DNA of 64,000 nucleotides, taken from NCBI GenBank assembly GCA_964270895.1, contig OZ185437.1, one strand, 5' to 3'. The number at the start of each line of letters is the position of its first letter. The stretch's first letter is position 1. The translations under genes were made by a program, and so were the position numbers. The notes under the pieces were generated by a model that had not been told where the DNA came from, ran no database searches, and saw nothing but the letters and a program-made list of their open reading frames with translations. This document shows, piece by piece, positions 51,118 to 61,316 of the stretch. Source of the DNA: Podarcis filfolensis (taxonomy: Eukaryota).

Positions 51118-53145
51118 TATAGTATTAGCTGAACTCAGTTTAAATGAGCCAGAGAGCTTTTCAGATGTTGAGCATATTAAAAAACACCTATATTTTATCA
51201 CCAGACTCTTCAAAATCTCCCATTTATGTTGAAGAGATCAGCCAGAATCCAAATGGTTGTGCTGAGAGATTCCAAAGATGAAATATAGTTTCAGAGCTCC
51301 CAGTCACCGCACTCCACTTTTGACTATAGCTCTACCTAACACCTGACAAACCACTCCTAAAAACCAGAGATTCTTGAAGGAGCAGATTCTTGTGCAGGGC
51401 AAAGCTCTGTGATCAGAAAAGGAAACTAAGCAACCCTCTTGAGCGCCATGGTAGAAGCAAATGGCATTAGCACACCACCTGCCCCTTTGCATCCTGACCA
51501 CAGCAAATACTTCCTGTTTCCTCACCTCAGACAGGAAACTCTGTGCCACGGTACCCATTGCAGAACAGTTCCAGTCTCACAGAGGAAAAAGGGAAAGCAA
51601 GGGTTTAATCTGAATCAAGGTTCAAGCAGGACTTAGCCACGGAACCTCTTGTTGATGCCAGGTAATGAACAAGAGAGGGCACCAGACGTTGTGTAGACAG
51701 GTGTTCCCTAAAACACACAGGCATCTAGGGATGGGAAGATGCTTCCAAGCTGGTTGTCCCACCACTACTAGTTTAAGAAGTTAAATACTGAGCAGAGCGC
51801 CCTGCACAAAAGGTGTTTTGTGTACAATTGTGCTCCCTACCCCATGAAAGCAATTGTTGAGTTATCTACCTATAAAAATGTAGAATATTGAATCAAAGGA
51901 GTAAATAATTCTTATGGTCGTTTTAGGGAAATCTTCTAGCCTGGAGGGAGTCACTTGTGAATTATAGGTTGAATCCTTCTTAAAGTAGACTTACTGAAAG
52001 CAACAGGACACAACCTGATATCAACACAGTTCAGGAAGCCAGAGATTTTACAGGACTATAAAATGTAGCTTCATTTAGATATGTAGAAAAGTTAAAGCCT
52101 ATTTAAGCATCACATGAAGCATCTTATCAGAGAAATCTCCCACCCACCCATCAAGCTGAGTTAAGACTGCTGACTATAATTAGAAGCCTCATAAAGTAGA
52201 GTGCTTAGAAATCCAAGGTTATAAACAGAAACACGTATTTGCTTACTTTTTTCAGGCTGCTACTGTTTTTAAAGCCATCAACAGGCTGGACTGGACTGGT
52301 TCTTGCTGAAGTTGACAGAGGCAAAGACTTTGTAGCTAACACTGTCGATTAAAAGCACAAAGTATTTAAGTCAATTGTTTTTTGTCATTTGTTGTTGACT
52401 CTTTGTGATTAATAACTCAATTAAGTATTACATATTACTAGCAAATTTGTATTTCCAGACGCCTATTGCTCTTGCTTCTTCACTCCAAAGTTTTGTTTTT
52501 GTTTTGTTTTAAACACATTTTTATTAAAGATTTCTTGGTTTACAAAAGTATGTGCAATGTCTCTCTTTTCAAGTTGCATTTTCTACAGATCAGTTTCATT
52601 TGTTGAGACATTAGTACTACATTAGGAAGAAAAGGGGAAAGAGGTGGAGGGGGCATGGTGAGTGGGGGTGGGGTCAGGTGGCAATGTTTCTATTCTACTC
52701 AGTGCATGTGTGGGGTTTTGTGTCAGCGTCGGTTGTGTGGGTTCTCTTTACTATTCGCTTGTATTCCTTTGGTGGTGAGAGAGGTTGGGGTTGGCCTAGG
52801 GTGTGGTTATTCATTTGTGGTTGGCTGTGGTGGTCTTGTTTTCAGGTGTGAGTGGGGTGGGTGGGTGTTTTTGGATCAGGTTAGCCATATTGATTTGTAT
52901 GCTGTTGGTGAGTTCTTGTTGTTGTCTTGTTGGGCTGTGTATGTGATAAAGGGGAGCCATACTGGGGTGAAGGCGTCTTCCTCTATTTGTCCCTGTGTCA
53001 GTTTCAGTTTATCGGTTAGTTTTTCTAGTAAGGCTGTTTCTATACTATTTGATACCATTGGTCCATTTGATACCTGACAGGTCTCTCCAGTGTCTGGCTA
53101 TGATGTTTCTGGCTTCTGAGAGTAGGTGGGTTAGGAGCTCTTTAT

Positions 53146-53767
53146 TATTTTTTTTTCAGCTTCACCCAGAATACACTTTTAATGTACATTAAAAAAGTGA
53201 TCATCTTGCAAATTGTTTTGCAAACCAAATATACAATAGCTTGGAAAACAAATAGTTTAGAAAATGAATGCCACCATGTAAAAAGACTACTTAAACCTAT
53301 AACAGTAGAGTTTCTGCATGGCTCATCTTTACAGCTTTCTTACTGCTTCATTAATATCAGTAATCTGTTCCTTCAACTGGCTCCACCATTCTGGATTTAG
53401 AGAGATACCTTTTCTGCCAGGTTTCATTTCACCTTCTTGATACATCCAGTATTCTCTAATATCAATTAGGACTTTACCTTTAAAATCACGAACACTGACA
53501 TATCTCATTTTACCAATCTGAAACATATTCTCATCTCTGTTGCTACTTTGCTTGGAGGAGGCAGCACCTTTGGAGCTTTCACCATTCTTCTGTTTCTTCA
53601 CAGGCTTTTCAGGCACTGCTTGTTTTTTCATTTTCACCTTTTTGTCAACTTCACTGTCCGAATCACTGGCAGATGAGCTTGAAGACACAGGTTCTTTTGA
53701 TTTCGACATTGTTCCACTCAGAGCCCGCTGCTCTCACTGCCTTCCTCTCGGCTTGCCTTTTTTATCC
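53146..53767 (-). pseudogene. SUB1: Processed (intronless) retrocopy of SUB1/PC4 mRNA with 5' UTR, CDS, 3' UTR and A-tail
   Basis: The uninterrupted 126-aa ORF 53329..53709 is clearly PC4 ([44 protein letters not shown]). The 3' UTR resembles SUB1, has ATTAAA ~20 nt before an A9TA tail, and the copy is flanked by a 16-bp direct repeat. Confidence 0.93.
53329..53709 (-). CDS. SUB1: Intact ORF of the SUB1 (PC4) retrocopy; coding status uncertain
   Basis: ATG to TAA, 126 aa, no stops or frameshifts. Several substitutions at normally conserved residues; no promoter evident. Confidence 0.45.
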   Translation of the reverse strand: MSKSKEPVSSSSSASDSDSEVDKKVKMKKQAVPEKPVKKQKNGESSKGAASSKQSSNRDENMFQIGKMRYVSVRDFKGKVLIDIREYWMYQEGEMKPGRKGISLNPEWWSQLKEQITDINEAVRKL

Positions 53768-55082
53768 GTTATGAGCTCTTTATGATGTGAGTGGGCTTCA
53801 CTGCAAAGTTGAATCTAGAGGGGGCAGTTTCTAGGGTAGAGCAGGCAGATAGGAGGCCACTTTTCTCCTGCCTGCAATTTTCCTCCTGGAGCTCCCTCTC
53901 AGGTGGGTTTTTAGACTCTGCTGTTTTTGGTTGTACAATCTCAAAAATAACACACACCCCCCAAAAAACCCCTAGCTGGGATAACAAAATTGATGGAGGG
54001 GGGGACTGCCAGAGGAAAACGTCATCATCAGGGAAAGCAGTTGTTCAATACAAGTGTGTACTTGAGGGTACTACTCTGATCTGAATGAATCTGCTTCCCA
54101 CCAAGTTCATTAAATCTACACTGTTACCTATTTGGATGAGATATTTTTAGCTGTTCTAAAACGAAAACATTATAAAGATACTCAGCTTTTTGCCTTTATA
54201 TCTGGAAGCTTTTCTTTGAGCTTTGAACCATGAATGCCTGCCTGGATGAGTTTCCAAAAGTTTTCATTGTCTTGTTGGTTCTTTAAGATTCCAAGTTTAG
54301 TTAATTCATTCTGCAATCCTATAATCTTAGGAGAGAATGAGAAAGAATAAGAATAAGAGAGGCATATGGACAAGCACCAAAACCAAATCTAACATGGTTT
54401 ATTTTATCAAGTATCACATCTCAAATTAACCAGATACTGAATCGTGGGAACTGTGATACTTTTGGATATGCTATTTATGGTGGACAGAAACTGCCGGTTA
54501 GATTGGATTTTGCAAGGTTTGTAACGAAACCAGAAGCATATTGCTGAATTGTGTGTTTCCCTCTAGTCTTCTTTGCAGTTTATGGCATATCCATTAGCTA
54601 AAAAGCAGGGGCACAAGAGTGTCCTGGTCCCATTGTGGCTGCCTACCTGCCTGCAGATTAAGGGCCATCACATTAGCAGGATATATCTGATCCCTGTCAA
54701 TTTAACAGGATTTGCATTTTATGTTGTGTGCTAAATACAGAAGTGGCTTCTAAGTGAAAGCAAATACAAATTGATTTAAAATATTGGTTTTGGGCATACA
54801 GCTTATAGTTTGCCTTGGTATATTAAAACAAACTCCAGTCAAAGAAGTTACAATATGTAATCCTTTTTTAACTGCATCTGTTCAAAGAAACTTTTATTTA
54901 CAAATTTAAAAATCAATATAATCAGTCAGACTAGCTTTACTCGTTTCCCCCTTTAAAACAGACAATTGGATTTATTTTCTTCATCTGCTCTCATGAGTGT
55001 AAATTTCTTTTTCTTTCTGCAGAAGGTGAATATATTTTACATCTCTTCAGCTACCTTTACTGAGTGAGTTGGAAGCAAATGA

Positions 55083-55510
55083 GTTAAACAACAACAACAA
55101 CAACAATAATAATAAAATTATACACCGCCCTTTCTGGTTTAAAAACCGCGCTCACGGCGGCTGACAGCAAATATAAAACATTGATTAAGATGCGACTTTA
55201 AAACTGCATAAAACAGCATAAAATACAACATAAAATGCAGCATCAATATCAATACAATTCAAAAATTCAGGGGTCATTTTGGAAAAAAACAAAACAAAAC
55301 AAAAGCCCCAGTCAGTAGACATCAAATGATCACCAGGGCTAACTGGCCAAGTTGGTCCTACTAGGGCCAGCAAGGAGACCAAGGAAGAATTAAAATGTAG
55401 GGTCCCAGGAAGGGTTTCTTCATCGAAAAGGAAAAGGGAAAAGGGAATAGAGGGTCAGGCTAATTCAAATTGAAGGCCACGCGGCCTTCAACAATGAATG
55501 AAAGGTCTCT
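55083..55510 (-). mobile_element. LINE 3' UTR and tail (L2-like)
   Basis: Minus strand ends tgtcagccgccgtgag...agggcggtgtataa plus (ATT)/(GTT)n. Confidence 0.55.
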
Positions 55511-58500
55511 TGCTACAGACTAACAGGACTACTTTCTTGGAATTGGCAAGGAATCTGTTAAAGTTGCCATATACCTACAATCAAATTAAACAACTCAGTA
55601 ACGGAACATAGCATACAGGGAAACAAACCATTAGAGAAAATTGCACGTAATGATAATATGTAAAAATATATATAAGTATCAGTGCATACACTACTTTAGA
55701 ACTGAAAGTCATTTTTCTCCATGGTTATGACATGTATTCCTATTATGTATCCAAAAGTGAAAATCTGCATTTGAGAAAGTACTTTAAGATATGTAGATTA
55801 AGAGCTAGTTCCTGAAGATAAATTGCATTTTCACAAAGAGATGTGAGTAACTGTTTAAGATCAATTTGTAGTTCAAACAAAACAAAACAAAACAAATCTC
55901 CATAAGGGCAGCAGATCATCAAGAAGATCTGCATAAAAGTCAAAGTCTTACCCACTGTTTACTCCTTAGTTGATGCTGTAACTTAAAGCAGATATCTGCT
56001 AACAGCTGTGTAGCCAATTTTTAAATTTCAAGTTTATAATTTTCCTAGTGCTAACAAACAATTGTGGGGTAGTAGGGAGACTTGAACAGATATTAACAAT
56101 GGGAAACAGTTGCAAGTTGTGGTCCTTCTTCTGGTTAGAGGCCTGGGAAAGTTAAAATCAATGTTAAGCTATATTGTGCTTGCTGTCTGGATACACAGAA
56201 GTCTGTAATGCCCATGAATTTCAGAAAGGATTTAATTGCTTTCAGTGCTCAGTGATACTGGTGTTCATCTTGTGTTGAGCAAGCAGATATATTGTGTTGT
56301 GTTTTAGATTACTTTTTCTGTGGATGAACGCTTTTCGTACATTATGGCTGTAATGTTTTATATAATATGTTTAGGCACTTCACATTTCACTATTGTAAAT
56401 TGCTTTTGGAAACCTCTCGATACGTGAATTGCTTTGGGATGCTTTTGGATGTGTGATTATAATAAACTAACTAAGTAACCAAGGCGACTTCCAGAAACTC
56501 GTTTCTGGCTTCTGGCTGCTTGAAGTCCAGATCTGTAGGGTACTTCACTTTCACATTAGTCGCTTCTACCGTATGTGGCTGGCAGTGACAGATACAGAAC
56601 CAACATCCCGTAAAAAAGAACACTTGGGTATTCCAAAGAAAAAGATAGCAATCTTTCTTGGGATACTTTCTAGTCCTTATAACACAGTCTAAAACCATCC
56701 ACTTACAATAAAAAGAGCAAGCTGAGACCTGTACCTTACCAGGTAACTTTTTGAGTGTGGCATGGACTCCAGGTATTTTGTATCATGAGACAAACTGCAG
56801 ACGGGCACTCTGGGACTGGAGATACACTTTTTCAAAAGAAGATAAAAAAAAATTTGGTCAGTATTTTTTCCCTAGTAGCTGGGAAACAAAGCTCAAAACA
56901 AATGACAAGTAAACATCCAGCCACAGGAAGCCATTAACAACAGTGGGCACCAATTAGGGCTCAGCAGGTATCCCTAACACCCCCTGGTGTTTTTGCCCCA
57001 CCCCAAATGCTTTGACATAAGACTCACAGACTCAGGCTTAGGAAGCAGGCTGTTCCATTTACTCAGCAATTTGTAGCCACATATTCCCATTGATAGGCTT
57101 ATAAAACCTGTTTGTAGTCTTTTTTTCTACTTCCCTTCAAGTTTGTGTCATTAGAAGGCACAATGACTGTCTGCCCAAAGGAAAATACTTTGGAGGCAAG
57201 AAGAAATTAAGCAGAGGCAAGAACCTCCTTTGTCTTCTCCATTTTCTTCCGTGTACAACAGTTATGTAGATTTAAAGCAATATTTGTTAAGAAAATGTTT
57301 GCTTTTTTTAAAAAAACAACAACCCTTCAAGCCTCTTCTTTATTGAAAATACTCTCAAAAAGGCAACACCTTAGCAGAATGGAAGGATCAAAATTCAGCA
57401 GAAGGCATAAGTAGCATACAGCTCAGTCCTAAACATGTTCACTTGGAAATGTTTTCGGTGCACAAAAAAGGAAGTGAGAGGAAACAAGTGAGCCTGAAAC
57501 TTGCCATGACTCAGCCAAGAAGGAGGAAACGACCATTTTCTGTTACATCTGAACCAGGCCACTGAGTTGGACCATTGGCCCATCAAGCCCAGTGTTATCT
57601 GTTCTGAAAGCAAAGCATCTACAACACCTTTCCCATCACCTCTTCCCTGATCCTTTTAATGAGCAATTTCAGGCACCGAGCCTAGAACCATTTGCATGCA
57701 AGCTCTCAGTGAGTTACAGCCCCACGTCCACAAAGTCACTGATTAGCCTTAGAATATCCCTATATTCTCAGCCTCGTCCCCATCCACAACTGCGAAAATA
57801 AGGATAATACCAGACTACCATGCAGAGTTAATTTGTTTATTAAATGTGTATACCGACCGTTCAGAGTGGTTCACAACATAAAAAGGCAAGATAAAAAACA
57901 AACAAACATATAATAAAAACAAACCAATAATCTCACCTACTTAGTATTTATGTAGCATTTCACACACACGTATCTTGTTTTAACATTGACAACAATCATG
58001 GAAGTTTAAAGAGGGGCTGAGATCATATTGCAGACAAGTGGCGGTGACTGAGAAAGTCTGGCCTGCTTAATGCAATCTAGTGGGTACATGGCAGAGCGAA
58101 GAATCAAACTGGAGAGTTCCTGATCCCTTGTTTTGTCTCCTAGCAACTATAGGCTATTTTGGAAGGTACTATTTTAACAAGCTCGTCATCTACTGATCAA
58201 AGGTAGGCTGCTAACGGTTGATTGTTAAATTGTTTTAACTCTTCTCATTATAACATCATTTTTGTATAGGACTTTTGCTGTTGTGCTAATTATTTATAAA
58301 TGGAAAAAAGTGAACCGGCACTTAAATGTGAGTGAATCAAAATTTAGGCATTAATTTGGTAACACTGGAGAAAAATATAAACTTAAGAGCAGTTCCTTTT
58401 GAAGCAGGCCCCTGTGAAAAAGCGAAGAAACTGATTCATGCACTGGACCTGTAAATGGATTATGAAAGCTAAAGCAAGCCTTTATGGGGTGGCAAGGGGG

Positions 58501-60863
58501 GGCAGCCTTTTACTACCACTTGATTGTTCTAACTTTCTCCGCACTTTAAAACTTTATAGTACCAATAAAGTTACTGAAATTCAAATGGTAGGGAGAAGAG
58601 CATTTGCCTGTATTTCCTTGTCATTTCATCATAGCCTAGCTCTGTTTTATTGCCGAACTCTTCCAGCAAGGAGGAACAACAAAATAAAGATTTGGAAAAA
58701 GTATTGAGAGGTAGAATATGCAGTTTTGCAGAGTGTTTTTGAGCCCCCTTGGTTGGCTCATTGAGCCTCAGAACATACAGCTAACATGCCTAATGAGTAG
58801 AGCGGCTGTGTTTATCCCCAAAGAATTACAATTCATCCATTTTGCAACCTCCCGCATCTGTTGCAATGCTGTGCTACCTTTCTTGTTACAATAGAGTGGT
58901 ATCATTTCAAAGTAAGCATAGTAAATTGATTGTTGCCTTGAGGATGCTGTTAACTTTGCTGCCTGTATGCTAGCCCTTCTGTTTTATTTGAAAAATTCTG
59001 CAAGGTCCACACTTTGCTGTAGGCGATTGTATATCTGTCTCTGTGATATACAGCATTCAAAAAGAAATAACAGTCCAGCCAGGAAGAGATATATATAGCT
59101 GTAATGGAGAAAATGGAATATAGCTGTAATGGAGAAAATCACACATAATTTGAGATTTTGACAAGGACTGGAACCTCCAGACACTTTATATGATTTGGCA
59201 TTTGACATACCACAAAAATACCAAGTATTTTCAAGACAACCCTTGTCACCAGCTTGGCAAATCTGGAACGATACATGAGCTGATAAGACTGATAGTCTTT
59301 ACTTGGAGTTTGTTATTTTAACTCATATGCAACTACTCATTCTATGTGCCTATACTATAGTTTTGCTTTACGTCTTTTTTGCTTGTTGTTATAATTGTTC
59401 TCTTGGTTTTATATACATTGTAAAATGAGCTAAAAATGTAAAAGAAAGAAATACTGAATTAGGTTGGGGGTGTGGACAACTGAACATTTGCATTAATATT
59501 TTAAAATATGAGACAGCAGAAGTACATTTGGGCCTAAGCAGGCAGGTGGTGGAGCACTTGAACCACAAACCTATAATTCTGAATGAAATATCAAGTGTCA
59601 GGGAAGGGCTGTATCACCGCTTGTCTATTACTAATAATAAAAAATATGTTTATATGGCGCTCTTCTGCTTATATAGCAGAGGTGAAGAACCTGTGGACTT
59701 CCAAATGTTCTGGGACTCCATCAGTACCAGACAGCATGACCATTGGTCAAGGACGATGGGAGTTGCAGTCCAGAAAAATCTGGTGGGCCGCAAGTTCCCC
59801 ATCACTATTATAGAGCAGTTTACACCAGTGAAAAATACAATACACAACAATCATGCTGTTAAAACAATACAAACTAGCCAACAAAAGTTATTTTCAAAAA
59901 AAACCCCACACAGCAGAATTACACTGTAAAACTCTACTGAAATAAATACATTACAAGGAAACCATCCAAATTTCACTCGGGGGAGATGCCACCACTACAA
60001 GGCCCTGTGTCTCACAAGGGCAGTTTTTATGGATGGCTGTAAGAATTCCCTTCCTTTGGAAATGCTGCTCCATCTTATGTGGAAGCAGCAAGTGTAATCA
60101 GTCCACAGGGGAGAGGCCTACCTAGCTCACCTGTGCCTTCGTAGGTACCTGACATCTAGAGCACTGGATGGAAGATGGTGCAATAAAAGCACTTTTCCCA
60201 GAGTCCCAAGATTATCTTGATGCTGAACTCTGCTGCTTCCTCGCTACCTGCAATGGAGCTATTAGTACATCCCCCCTACCCTGGAAGTACACTGTCTCGT
60301 TTCATCCGGCACTATCGATGTAACAAACTAAAACTGCACAACCCACCAAAGCTGCCCATTCAACCACAATCTGCATTGAAGTCCCAAATGTGTTGTGTGG
60401 GACCTGTATTGCATTTCCCAAATATTTTCTCAAGTACAGATTTTTAGATAGTTCTGGCGGACTGGAAAATGTGAGAGCACTGTAAAAGTCATCCACATAC
60501 AGTTGAGGTTTCTGGAACCCCTAATGATCTGTTGAGTTACTTTCTCTGCCAGAGCAATGGACCGTACCCCTTGTGAACCACCCTGAGATCTACAGGTATA
60601 GGGCGGTATACCACTCCTGAATTGTATTTTCGTTCACAGATTCCCATTTCCTGGCTAACTCTCCCATACTATTCTATCATCCGGTGTTTATTCTCCCTCA
60701 TGCACATCTCATTGGCTGCCTTTGGTAGGGTTGGGAAAAGCATAGGAAGAAGGTGTCTCGGCATGTGTAAAGGTGCCCAGATGTTTGCAAGGCATGGGTG
60801 TAGCTAGGATTTATGGGGGGGCAGCCTTCAAGTTAGGGAGGCAGAACCTCAGTTAGTTAAATA

Positions 60864-61089
60864 CAGTGGTACCTCAGGTTAAGTACTTAATTCGTTCTGG
60901 AGGTCCGTTCTTAACCTGAAACTGTTCTTAACCTGAAGCACCACTTTAGCTAATAAGGCCTCCTGCTGCCGCCGCGCCGCCAGAACACGATTTCTGTTCT
61001 CATCCTGAAGCAAAGTTCTTAACCTGAAGCACTATTTCTGGGTTAGCGGAGTCTGTAACCTGAAGCGTATGTAACCCGAGGTACCACTG
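60864..61089. mobile_element. Tc1/mariner MITE, third copy of the 21668 family
   Basis: TA-CAGTGGTACCTC...GAGGTACCACTG-TA. Confidence 0.88.
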
Positions 61090-61091
61090 TA

Positions 61092-61316
61092 CAGCCATAC
61101 CTTGGTTCTCGAACAGAATCCATTCCGGAAGTCCATTCGACTTTTGAAAACATTCAAAAACCAAGGCTGCAGGAGCTTCCTGCACTCAATCGAAGCCGCG
61201 TCTGACATTTGGCGTCCAAAGAAGGTTTGCAAACCGGAACACTCATTTCAGGGTTTGCGGCATTCAGGAGTCAAAACATTTGAGTCGCAAGGCATTGGGG
61301 ATCCAAGGTACGACTG
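61092..61316. mobile_element. Second-family Tc1/mariner MITE abutting the previous one
   Basis: TA-CAGCCATACCTTGG...CCAAGGTACGACTG-TA; shares the TA at 61090-61091. Confidence 0.8.

Larger units (their letters stand above)
52493..53795 (-). mobile_element. 5'-truncated L1-clade LINE (ORF2 C-terminus plus 3' UTR), interrupted by the SUB1 retrocopy
   Basis: Degenerate ORF2 end ELLTHLLSEARNIIARHW...DQWYQIV*ETALLEKLTDKLK...FTPVWLPFITY. The 3' UTR ends in AATAAA plus an (AAAAC)n tail. 15-bp TSD cttcact(c/g)caaagtt at 52478-52492 and 53796-53810. Confidence 0.85.

Noticed and set aside
59093-59139. 22-bp direct duplication atatagctgtaatggagaaaat
   Set aside because: Simple local slippage duplication with no further structure.
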